A stretch of DNA of 64,000 nt from Octopus sinensis (Eukaryota), in the NCBI RefSeq assembly GCF_006345805.1, contig NC_042997.1:193998001-194062000 (forward strand). The letters run 5' to 3'. Below the pieces are notes generated by a model. That model made no database searches. It was not told where the DNA came from and saw nothing but the letters and a program-made list of their open reading frames with translations. Below are positions 25,209-38,463 of this stretch, piece by piece. How positions within the stretch are numbered: the first letter of the stretch is position 1; each line of letters begins with the position of its first letter. A program made the translations under genes and the position numbers.

Positions 25209-25295
25209 GATCGTACTGATGAATCTACGGACGAAGGATTACGTGAGAAATTTATTCGGTAATAGACGAAATCGGTAAACGATTAATACTTGATT
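25209..25295 (+). ncRNA. Decayed hammerhead-like motif
   Basis: CTGATGA, long helix II (tcta/taga), GAAA-tcg.gtaaa.cga-TT; helix I needs a 2-nt bulge. Confidence 0.4.
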
Positions 25296-25451
25296 TTTAT
25301 ATAATTTTCATCTGTCTTACCCGCCTATGTTCTGGTGTTCGCTGAATTTTCTCTGGAGAACATTCTTTCTTTGTAGTTAGATCATATGTGATCTACTTCT
25401 AGCATATGGCTGTCCACATAGTGGTTTTTAGCCCTAAATATACATACATAC

Positions 25452-25503
<52 letters not shown>

Positions 25504-25514
25504 TATATAGAAGG

Positions 25515-25565
25515 AGCTTCTACAGGACTAGAACTGTTTCATTCAAGAGAAATCATCAGGAAGCT
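25515..25565 (-). ncRNA. Type I hammerhead ribozyme
   Basis: AGCTTC-CTGATGA-t.ttc.tctt.gaa.t-GAAA-cag.ttctagtc.ctg-TA|GAAGCT. Confidence 0.75.
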
Positions 25566-25835
25566 AGTTAACAAGAATTGTTTTGGCATTTATACATTTA
25601 GGCAGGTTTAAAGGGGTGGTGGTGGGGGACTTTTTGGGGGTAGGCATAGCGCAAAAATATCATACTTAGGGGAGTGGTCAAGGAGTCAGTGGTAAATTAG
25701 ATAAAAGAATAAATAAAAGAATAAAAAATAAATAGAAGAATAGAGTTTTAGGTAAATAAGGAGATTCTCACTTATACATATACACATATGTATATATATA
25801 TACACACACACACACATATACATACACACATATAT

Positions 25836-25883
<48 letters not shown>

Positions 25884-26527
25884 ATATACACACACGCCCA
25901 CACGTACATATAAACACAAATATATACATACACACACATACACATACACACATACACACACATATATACATACACACATGCACACACATGTCCATATATA
26001 CACATATATATATATATACATATGTGTACCTATACATACCTACACATACACACATATACATACACTTACAAACCCATTCCCTTATTTTAATTTTATTATT
26101 ATTTTCATTTATTACTTTTGTTATCTTTGACCGCGGTCACAAGCATCTTGGCTATCGTCCCCCTGGGGACGATAGCAAGTCCATTTATCTTTCTACTCGA
26201 ACACAAGCACTCACTCACGCACGCACACTCATTCGCACGCACACACACTCATTCGTACACTCATACACATACACGCACGCACGCGTTATATTCATACATA
26301 CATACATCTACATACATTCACATATATACACATACGTACGCGTACCTACAGATTCATGTCTACACGCTTACACATACATACTTCAATACACCCACAGAAG
26401 ACTAGTCCATACATATACACCAATAAATATATTTGTGTGTATATGTACGTGTGGGCGTGTGTGTATATATACATGTATATATATATATATATATGTATGT
26501 ATATATATATGTGTGTATGTATATACA

Positions 26528-27065
26528 AAGAAGATAGCCTCTATGCAAAGAAGATAGCCTCTATGCAGAATGTAAGCTACTGGGAAAGACTCAAGAGATT
26601 AAAATTATATTCCCTGGAGCGTAGGCGGGAAAGATATGCCATAATATACATCTGGAAGATCCTGGAGGGAAGTGTCCTGAACTTTGGCATCGAGAGTTAC
26701 ACAAATGCCAGAACTGGGCGCCACTGCGTGGTGCCTAGGACTCCAATCTTGCCATCAAGATGTAGGACAAGATTCTGTGATAGCCTGGGCTTCCGAGGCC
26801 CACAGCTCTTCAATATCCTCCCGAAGAACCTGAGAGACCTGCATGGGGTGGATACAGATGTCTTTAAAATGAAGCTGGATCTCTTCCTGTCAGGTGTCCC
26901 AGATGAACCAACTTCACGGCAGGAGGGGCAGATGAGGGCAGCTGCATCGAACTCTCTCATGCACCAAATAGCAGTTGCTAGAAAGCCTCCATGAAGTGAC
27001 ACCAAGTAGCAACACCAAATGGCGGTGCCCCAGCATGGCCACAGCTCATAAGCTGAAACTAGAAT
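26528..27065 (+). mobile_element. CR1-clade LINE 3' fragment
   Basis: SYWERLKRLKLYSLERRRERY, GPQLFNILP, FKMKLDLFL; (ATCA)n tail; 20-bp duplication at the 5' break. Confidence 0.9.
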
Positions 27066-27149
27066 CAATCAATCAATCAATCATACACATACATACATAT
27101 ATATATAGATATATATATACACACACATATATATATATATATTATATAT

Positions 27150-27184
<35 letters not shown>

Positions 27185-27302
27185 GAATACACACCCACAC
27201 ACACACATATATATATCTATAAATAAATATATATATATATATTTATATGTAATATTTGTATCCGCTTTAACATGGCTGTCCGTAGTAGAGTTTAGGCTAG
27301 CA

Positions 27303-27349
27303 AAAACTGTCCGATGAACGGCAACGAGAAACTCAGAGTAACAGGTTTT
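27303..27349 (+). ncRNA. Type I hammerhead with U4C core variant
   Basis: AAAACTGT-CCGATGA-a.cg.gcaa.cg.a-GAAA-ctc.a.gag-TA|ACAGGTTTT; homolog at 61569-61609. Confidence 0.7.
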
Positions 27350-27448
27350 GTTGAATTTTCTGCTGCTTTAAATAAAGCATATTAGTCTACCACTGGTATT
27401 TGAGTACTCTTTTTTTCACCTTGTTTCACATTTATGTGTGTACTCCGG

Positions 27449-27485
<37 letters not shown>

Positions 27486-27492
27486 AGCGAAA

Positions 27493-27528
<36 letters not shown>

Positions 27529-27530
27529 TC

Positions 27531-27563
<33 letters not shown>

Positions 27564-27576
27564 CAGACAGACAGAC

Positions 27577-27638
<62 letters not shown>

Positions 27639-27829
27639 AGTATCAACTAATAATACAAACATAGTTACACGATCGTGTATTTACATTGCCAAATACACCG
27701 ACAGAATACCGCATCGGTCTCAAATCAAAATTATTACCACGAAAATATATATTTTTCTTCTATTATGTAATAATATAATTGTATGCTCTTTCCATTTCGG
27801 AACGTGATACTGTCGTTTGTTTATTCTTT

Positions 27830-28410
27830 TCTGCTCTAGACATAAGTCCCGAAATTTTGAGGGCAAGGGCCAGTCGATTAGATCGACTCAAGTACGCAAC
27901 TGTTACTCAATTTATCGACCCCACAAAGATGAAAGACAAAGTCGAACTCGGAGGAATTTGAACTCAGAATGTAAGAACAGACGAAATACCTATTTCTTTA
28001 CTGCCCACAAGGGGCTAAACACAGAGAGGATAAACAAGGAAAGACAAACGGATTAAGTCGATTATATCGACCCCAGTGCGTAACTGGTACTTATTCAATC
28101 GACCCCGAAAGTATTAAAGACAAAGTCGACCTCGGCGGAATTTGAATTCAGAACGTAACGGCAGACGAAATACCTATTTCTTTACTACCCACAAGGGGTT
28201 AAACACAGAGGGGACAGACAAACGGATTAAGTCGATTATATCGACACCAGTGCGTAACTGGTACTTAATTAATCGACCCCGAAAGGATGAAAGGCAAAGT
28301 CGACCTCGACGGAATTTGAACAGACGAAAGAACAGACGTAAGAACAGACGAAATACCGCTAAGTATTTCACCCAGCGCAAAATTTCAGGTCTTGTGCCTA
28401 TAGTAGAAAG
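27830..28410 (-). mobile_element. SINE family A multimer (184-bp period)
   Basis: Same AAATA|GGTATTT junction at about 27990 and 28174. Confidence 0.85.
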
Positions 28411-29257
28411 AATATTCCTTCATTTTAACGGCAGGAAAGTGGCAAAATCATTAGCACGGATAAATGTTTAGATGCTTTTCTACTGCTCTTTACGTTTTGA
28501 GTTCAAATTCTGCTGAAGTCTACTTAGCCATTTCTCCTTTCGAGGTCGATAAAGTAAGTGCAATTTAAGAACTGACATTCCTCTTCCTCTCAAAATTGCT
28601 GGCGTTGTGTCAAAATTTAAGAAAAATATTTCTTCATTTGTAGGCATAGCATGGCTGAATGGTTAATAAGTTCGCAACCACGAGGTTCCGGGTTCGATCC
28701 CAATTTATGGGATCCTATTCAGATCTCATTTTCCGTTGCCTCACATCAAGCCACACCTCGGCTGAATCATATCTACAATTGCAAAGGTGTAGCGTTGTTA
28801 TACATTATATCTTGCTAGTTCTGCCTCAGAATTACGTTCTACGTAAAAATTCCAATGGAATACTCAGTTTATACACTAATCCAGGAACAGGTAATTCAAT
28901 TGCTCGAACTACCGCATCCTCTTCGTCGAACGACGAAGATCCGGAGTTCCTTCATTCATTTCTCCCGTTTTTCTATCCCTCTTTCGTAGATACGTCTTTC
29001 ATTCACTTCCTCTATCCGGTTGTCCCACGCACTCCTTTTTCCTCCTCTTCGGTTCCTTAACACATTTACATCCGTCTTATGTGCGTATGTGTGTGTGTGC
29101 ATGTGTGTGTGTGTGTGTGTGTGTGCGTGTGTGTGTGTGAGTGTGTGTGTGTATGTGTACAGAGAAAAAGATTGAACAAGACAGATTGATACAAACACAA
29201 TCACACAAAGGCACACATACGTATAGAGTTGGTAGAACAAACATGATAAACACAACT

Positions 29258-29350
<93 letters not shown>

Positions 29351-29365
29351 TATATATATTATATA

Positions 29366-29414
<49 letters not shown>

Positions 29415-29485
29415 CGCACACATACATACGTACATACACATACACACAAACATATGTATATATAAATATTTATTTATACATATAT

Positions 29486-29538
<53 letters not shown>

Positions 29539-29548
<10 letters not shown>

Positions 29549-29874
29549 GTGTACATTTAAACACAAGAGAAATTACCTCTAACAGGTAAAAGAAGCAGTC
29601 AAAACGACCGAAACCACATATAAGAGCAATTTCGAAGGGAATGAAAAATAAAAACGGTTATACCTAGATTTAAAATTTTTTTAGCAAATAAAATAATTTG
29701 CCAGGCGAAATTCTCCTCATTAACCGCGTCATAACATTGATGTATAATTTAGAGACAAATAACACGTGCCTCACATTATATGTTATAATTTTTTCAATTC
29801 ACCGCGCAAGCGCAGTTTCAGTCGGCTGTAAATTAGATAGTTTCTCTTGTGTTTAAATGTACACTATTTTATAT
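29539..29874. mobile_element. MITE-like element with 34-bp perfect terminal inverted repeats in (TA)n
   Basis: ATATAAAATAGTGTACATTTAAACACAAGAGAAA and its reverse complement. Confidence 0.8.
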
Positions 29875-29989
29875 TGAGAATATGTTGTCTGTTGACTTTT
29901 TATACATGCTAGGCCACTGGTAGTGAAATTTCTATAAATATTCGCAACCCTATATATTTTACGTATATGATTTTAGCTTTTCGATGATC

Positions 29990-30290
29990 GGTTCGGCATT
30001 TTCATTACTGCATACATATATGATTTGATTTGACGTTTGGTGCATGAGGGAGTTTGACGCCGCTGCCTTCATCTGCACTTCCTGCTGTGAAGTTGGTTCA
30101 TCTGCGACACTTGACAGTAAGAGCTCTAGTTTCGTTTTGAAGACACCTACATCTACCCCATGTAGATCTCTCAGGTACTTTGGGTACTTTGGGGGGATAT
30201 TGAAGAGCTGTGGGTTTTTAAAGCCTAGGTCGTTGCGATACCTTGTCCTATATCTTGATGGCAAATTTGGAATCTTTGGCACTATTCCGT
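29990..30290 (-). mobile_element. CR1 3' fragment
   Basis: ORF 29959-30282 is homologous to the 26528 element (FKNPQLFNIP, FKTKLELLL). Confidence 0.85.
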
Positions 30291-30919
30291 GGCTCTCTGT
30301 TCTTTGCCTTTCATCCTTTCGGGGTCGATAAATTTAGCACCAGGTGCGTACCGAGGTCGATCTAATGGACTGGCTCCCTCCCCCAAAATTTCGGGTTTTG
30401 TGCCTAGAGTAGAAAAGAATATGTGTTCATAAAGTATCATCTGATTTGCGTGTCATTTTAGATGTTAATTGTTTATGGATATTGCAACACTATGACATTT
30501 CCTATTTTATTCTTGACAATATGATTTCCGTTTCTTTAAAAAAAATTTTTAAAGATGTTATTCAAATATAAATATTTCACTAGTTTAAGCACATTCACAT
30601 AGAATTCAAAACTTTTAAAAACACATTGCACCGCCATAGCCCCCCTCGAAACATTTACAGCCTTTCTAGTGAATCTACAACGCCACTAAGGAGGCGCTCC
30701 TAGTCAGCTTAAGAATCACTGGGCTAGACGTTGTCTCAGCTCATGTGTTTGCTCAATCAAGGCTCTCTCACACACACACACACCATAGGGAACCCTCACC
30801 CTTGCTGTCAAGAGATGATTCCTTCATTCATTCCTTGCTTACAATCCAGTTTTAACTCATATTAATTTTCATATCAGCATTGTCCTTTCTTCGACCAGAT
30901 TTTATAATTTCCTGGGATC

Positions 30920-31165
30920 ACCAAGCATAGATTGACATATTTTGGTCATATTATGCGGAAAAAATCCCTGGAGAAGGACATCATGCTCGGAATGGTCAGT
31001 GGCAAGAGAGGAAGAGGCCGACCAAGAACCCGCTAGCTTGACACCATCAAGAGTGATACGGGAATAGACATAGCCAATCTGAAAGAAGCGGCCCAGGATA
31101 GAACTGGCTGGAGGACACTGATCCATCGAGTAACCGAGAGTCGACTTCGACTGAGCGGATAGATA
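30920..31165 (+). mobile_element. RTE/BovB-like LINE 3' end
   Basis: LTYFGHIMRKKSLEKDIMLGMVSGKRGRGRP...DRTGWR; (GATA) tail. Confidence 0.85.
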
Positions 31166-31234
31166 GATAGAATGATTTTAAATAATTAATTAACTGATAT
31201 TAATTCATTAAGGTTTCTTGACTTACTATCTTAA

Positions 31235-31384
31235 CCCATTTTAACCCAGGTTAACCATGTCGAAATTTTGAAGATAGTTATATAAATAGGGAAAACAAAC
31301 ACCCGGAAGCGTCCAGTTAACCTTTATTGCAGTAAATAAACCAAATACAACCGTCCTTAAATGAGGACAGTGGGTTAATATGGG
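31235..31384. mobile_element. piggyBac-type MITE (150 bp)
   Basis: TTAA on both sides; TIR CCCATTTTAACCCA / TGGGTTAATATGGG. Confidence 0.75.
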
Positions 31385-32072
31385 TTAAGAACATCAGCAC
31401 AGACTTTACTGTGTGGTTTTCACGCAGAATGTATCCCTGAGTATGTTTCTCAGCCTTTTCATATTACAGAATAGACTATGTAAATATTAGCTGCTATAGC
31501 GAACGACGTCAGCCTCACGGGATTTTGACAGCGAAACTGTACGTTTCATCTTTCCAGCGTAACTATGTATGGACGACAAGTGTTGTCAGCTATAACAGTA
31601 GACACATGGTTTCATTCTACGGATACACGTAGGTGGGTAAAACGGTCACATGGTGTACATGATGAATGATTTTGCTGATTTTCGGTTATAGACTGTGAGT
31701 ATGGTGGATGTGCGTTTGAATACACACATAAATACATGCATACATACACGCACACATCATGCATCTGTACATACACACATGCATATATACACACACATAA
31801 TTCTGGATTCAGTCCCACTGCGTGGCATCTTGGGCAACTGTCTTCTCCTATAGCTTCGGGTCGACCAAAGCTTCTTGAATGGATTTGGTAGATGGAAACT
31901 GAAAGAAACCCTCCGTATATATATATATATATATGCGCGCGTGCGCGTGTGTGCATTTGTGTGTCTCTGTTTGGCCCCCACCACCGCTGGAAAACTGGTG
32001 TTGGCGTGTTTACGTCCCCGTAACTTATCGGTTCGGCAAAAGCACAAACAGAACAAGTTCCAGGATTACAAA

Positions 32073-32195
<123 letters not shown>

Positions 32196-32257
32196 TAACA
32201 ATAACAATAACAATAACAATAGCAATAATAATAATAATAATAATGCTTATTATTATT

Positions 32258-32630
32258 AAGAAAAAAAATGCTTTCTAATTGATGTATCAATACCGGCAGA
32301 TGACAACGTGTCTCTAAAAGAAATGGAGAAACTCTCAAAATACAAAGACCTGGAAATAGAGGTAACTAGAATGTGGAATCTGAAAACAGAAACAATTCCT
32401 ATCATTAGGCATGATAAAAAAATATTCAGACAAATACATAACAAAAACACCAGGACTTACAAACACATATAACATACAGAAAATTGCACTACTAGGCACT
32501 GCACACATCCTACACAGAACACTTTCCATACAATAACCATCAGAGCATCACAACAAATCACAGCACATACCCAAGGCACACAGAGCTGCGCTCGGTAGTG
32601 AAGTGAAAGCACGCTATAAAAATAAAACTA

Positions 32631-32633
<3 letters not shown>
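32258..32633 (+). mobile_element. 5'-truncated Dong/R4-like element (family b)
   Basis: Near-identical to 3420-3801 with a small deletion; AAT flanks. Confidence 0.9.
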
Positions 32634-32661
<28 letters not shown>

Positions 32662-32690
32662 TAATAATAATAATAATAATAATATAATAA

Positions 32691-32735
<45 letters not shown>

Positions 32736-32760
32736 TATAATAATAATAATAATAATAATA

Positions 32761-32791
<31 letters not shown>

Positions 32792-32989
32792 TATAATAAT
32801 AATAATAATAATAATAATGATAATTCTTTCAGCTAAAGGTACAAGGCCTGAAATCCAAGGGGAGGGGACTAGTCAATTACATGGTCCCACTGATACTTAA
32901 TTTATCGACCCCGAAAGGATAAAAGGGAAAGTCGACCTCGATGGAATTTGAACTCAGAACGTAGCAACAGATGAAATCCTTATTATTCA

Positions 32990-33786
<797 letters not shown>

Positions 33787-33810
33787 TAATAATAATAATA
33801 ATAATAATAA

Positions 33811-33841
<31 letters not shown>

Positions 33842-34199
33842 AAGAAGAATTGGGGTCGATTTATTCGACTAAAAATTCTTCAAGGAGATGCTCCAGCATG
33901 GCCGTCGTAGTCTAATTAACAAGTAAAAGATAAAAGACACACGCGCGTGCGCGCACACACGCACACATACACACACACGTATATGTTCCCTGTGCAGGTG
34001 AATGTAAAGGCTACCGAAGTCTCTGTGAGCCAGTAGTCCCACAAAAGTATAGAGCCCCCATACTTGTGGACAACCAGGGGAACGTAAGGGCTACCATCAG
34101 CAAAGGAAGGGGAGTCCGCGAGTAAAACATAAAAAAGAAAAAGGGGAGGAAGGGAAAGGAAAAGATGAAACAACTAAAACTAAAACCGAAACCCCAAAC

Positions 34200-35915
34200 C
34201 ATAAAATTTTTTAAAAGAGGCCAAATATAGAGGCTCCAATGGAATCCCCAACTCTAGAAGAGAGAAAAAATTTGGAGCGAAGACATGAACGTGCAAATTT
34301 ACCTGCAAGACAAATGTTAGCATGGGGAAGACGGTACAAACTACCGGTTTGTTCACTCAAGACCCTTCCAAAACTGCAGGTACCTTAAGGAAAATACTTC
34401 CCAGAGGAGAGGCACCAATCATCTCCATAGAGAAAGGATGCAGATGCGATGCGCTCTTCAGATGTTATGTGAAAGGCAGTAGCTGAGCAAGAGTCTTTTT
34501 TGTGCATGGCGCAAAATATTGTGCAGCAGCTGACCTGCCTACATCAAGCGCAAACACGGACGTTACCAACCACTGCGCAAGACCACCACAATCAATAGAC
34601 ACGGGATGGCCTCCCATAAAGCCAGCACAGTCGTCACAACAATATTTCTACTAAATACTGGAGGCCTGTTGCATCACAACAAAAGTAAAATCTTTTTCCT
34701 GAGAGACCTTGCCGTATGCAATCAAGCATAGCACTCATGGAGACTCATCTGATGCCGGATTAAAATGATGCAGATGTACATGTACCAAAATATATCATAC
34801 TGCGAACGGAAAGAAAGGGAGGGAACATGGTAGAGTTGCCGTATACATCCGTGTGAGGTTACATGACTTTCTGAATGATAGAAGTCAGGCAGTGGTGACC
34901 AATGGAACCACCTGAAAGAAAACACAAATAATGAGTGGTGTTCCCCAGGGCACTGTCTTCGGACCACTGCACTTCATAGTGGCCCACTCAGATATGCCCT
35001 CAGCTGCCCGGAAATTGCTAGCTACGCAGACGATACGAAAGTCTCGCAGAAAATTCTAGCGATGTTGCACGCCCGTAGCAGGAGTTGGACGCAATTTACA
35101 GATTGGCTAAGAACAATATGTTACCAGCGCCCAAAACCGAACGAAAAACTTACAGGATACACTGGCCCAGGGTGGATTATAATCCCAGAACCTAAATCAG
35201 TGCGGGACCTTGGTATCGACATAGGTGATGATACTGCTTTCCAAGTGCACATTACCAAGCTGGCGAAAAAGTGCAGACGGTTGGCTGGCTGGATCCTGAG
35301 AACCTTCAGAACCAGAGAGAAGGAAACCATGATGGTCTTCTGGAGGACATTCGTCCCCAGCCGCCTGACTCCTAACTATGGTCATCTAACCGTGTAAAAT
35401 TAACAGCGGATCTTGAAGTAATCCAGCGAAGCTTCACAAAGAAGGACGTCTCGTTACGACAGCTCAGCTATTGGGGAAGGTTGAACGAAGGCGGGAGAGA
35501 TATGTAGTAATATACATCTGGAAGGTTCTGAAAGGGATTGTGCCAAATTTTGGCATTGAAAACTAGACAAACGACAGAACGAATCACCTCTGCACAGTGC
35601 CAAAGATCCCAACAATGCCATCGCTCTTCAGGACCAGTTACTGCCTGGGTTTCAAGGGCCCACAGCTTTTTAAAATTCCCCCAAAGAGCCTGAAGAACCT
35701 GCACAAAGTGGATGTAGGTGTTTTCAAAACAAAACTGGATCTCTTCCTGTCAAGAGTCCCAGAGAAGCCTACCACACGGCCGGAGGCGCAAATGAAGGCA
35801 ATGACATCAACCTCTCCTATTCACCAAATGCCACATATCAGAGGAGGTTCTCAATAATAACAGTGTAGCAAAACGGTGATACCCCAGCATGGCCACAGCT
35901 TTGAGCTGAAACTGA
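34200..35915 (+). mobile_element. Internally deleted CR1-like LINE (CCCH-type ORF1 end, APE start, RT end)
   Basis: CKF(Y)LQDKC*HGEDGTNYRFVH; GRVAVYIR; SGVPQGTVFGP; YADDTK; CR1 tail. Confidence 0.8.
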
Positions 35916-36074
35916 TAAAATATATAAATATATATATATATATATTTATATATTTATTTATATTATTATATGACTGAAGGCTACGCATCCATTTCTAAGT
36001 AAAGATTATCTTAAATATATAATTAAGAAAACGGGAGGAGAATTTCGATTATCTCCACGTGGTGAGTTGTAGTG

Positions 36075-36139
<65 letters not shown>

Positions 36140-36153
36140 GTGTGTGTGTGTGG

Positions 36154-36184
<31 letters not shown>

Positions 36185-36329
36185 TGTGTGTGTGTGTGTG
36201 TGTATAATAAAAGAAAGAAAATGCATACAGTTTACATAGTTTTATACTTTTTAATATACTTTATAAATGAAAGACTATTGCATTTGTCGACCGGCTTCAC
36301 TTGAAATTATTGTAATTTCGTATTTTCTT

Positions 36330-37140
36330 AAGAAGATTTTAGTCCATGTTGTGTATGGGGGTTTGTGAATAAAATGAGTCAACAAGTAGAATAATCTAAG
36401 GTAATTAGTGATCGCTATTATTCGGGACAGGGGAGGAAACTGCTCATATTTTGGGGAAGGAATAAATAAATATACAAAAACTCAAAATCTAAAGTAGTGA
36501 GATGAAGTATTTTCAGTGATGGGTATGTGAACATGAATTAAAATATATACTGAGACCAAAGCTGGTTATGCATTCATATTTAGACATGTTCTGTATTTAT
36601 CGATAAATAGATTTTCTTTATTTAAACGTTCTTGTACAGAAATTGTTCCTTTGCCCTGGTAGATAGGGAAAAGTTTGGTTGGATATTACCTGCACATTTC
36701 TCAATATGTTATATCAAAGGAAACTGTTTGTACTGTGGGAAGAGGATTTGTTCCTTATGTAGTGTAATTCTCCGTCAAAGTGTCATACTTGTCTGTCCTA
36801 TATAGTTATGTCAATAACCTGAACAAGTTATAACATACCTTAGACTTTCTCTCTCAGAAGCACAAGTGAAGTTGGTTTTAATTGTGAACCCCTCTCTTTG
36901 CTTGAATAGGAAATGCGAGTCTTCCAAAAGATTGGGGCATGTCCCACAGTTTGGGGGTCCACATTTTTTAACCATTGGTTTCGTGGTTGTTGTGTAAAGC
37001 TTCGCATTTGTAAGAAGTCGTTTCAGCGATTTGTGTTGCTTTTTAGCATTTGATGAATTTATATTTTCAGAATGTTGTTCATTTTTGTATCCCTGGTGAG
37101 CATAGGAGATTTTGTACAATAGTGTTGTATGCCACATTGT
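36330..37140 (-). mobile_element. Penelope-like element, GIY-YIG region
   Basis: KCGPPNCGTC, FTC, YVITC...YIGQT...RRITLH. Confidence 0.85.
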
Positions 37141-37969
37141 TTCTAGAGTTGTGAGTTGATATATACGGTAGTGTTTTGAGATGTGGTGTGGTGTTACACT
37201 TTGTTTCCCTTAGAGTTTTAATGTCTAAATTCTTTGCACGCTTAATTCTATCATCTATAAGTGAGGATGGATACTGTCCCTCAGTCAGTGTCGCTCTGAG
37301 GTCTTACACACACATACACACACACACACACATACGCACACATATGAAGTGGGTGATAGTGACTTCGAATTCTAATAAATATGTACTCTACTGAAACTAT
37401 TTAGTAATCCACTTTAATGTTGAATTCTATATATATATATATATAAATTGACTTAAAATCAAGTATTAACATACATATGTATGTGTGTGTATATATATTT
37501 ATATGTATACATGTATGTAAATATGCATGTACCGGCGTTCGAATATATGTACGAATGTATATATATATATGTGTATTGATAAATGAATATATGTCATCAT
37601 GAACGTGTATGCATGGATTATGTATGTATGAACGTGTGTGTTGGAGAATATGTATTTGAATGAATGCATGTAGCTGTTTTATGTATAATCACACACACAT
37701 ACACAACACACATACATTATACACTCGTAATTAAATGAACAAATCTTTTTTGTGTAATTATATTTCTACGTTCAACTGTTGAATAATTTGCTGTTCAACC
37801 AATGTTCGTCTAGACACAAAATAACAACAACAACAACAACAACAACAACAGCAATGGTAATAATTGCGTCTGTGTGTGGACGAGCGTACATGTATATATA
37901 TATATATATACGTATACACACATATACGCACACACATAAATACACATACATTTATAAATACATATCTCT

Positions 37970-38180
37970 TTTACTCTTTTACTTGTTCCAGTCATTTGAC
38001 TGTGGCCATGCTGGAGCACCGCCTTTAGACGAGCAAATCGACCCCGGGTATTATTCTTTGTAAGCCTAGTGCTTATTCTATCTGTCTCTTTTGCCGAACC
38101 GCTAAGTTACAGGGACGTAAACACACCAGCATCGGTTATCAAGCGATGTTTGGAGCACAAACACAGACACACAAACATAT

Positions 38181-38211
<31 letters not shown>

Positions 38212-38420
38212 ATATATATATATATATAATATATATATATATATACATATATACGACGGGCCTCTTTCAGTTTCCGTCTACCAAATCCACTCACAAGGCT
38301 TTGATCGGCCCAAGGCTATAGTAGAAGACACTTGCCCAAGGTGCAACGCAGTGGGACTGAACCTAGAACCATGTGGTTGGTAAGCAAGCTACTTACCACA
38401 CAGCCACTCCTGCGCCTATA
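37970..38420 (-). mobile_element. SINE family B, full length
   Basis: Head to (GAGTAAAA) tail intact. Confidence 0.9.
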
Positions 38421-38432
38421 TATTTATATAAA

Positions 38433-38463
<31 letters not shown>

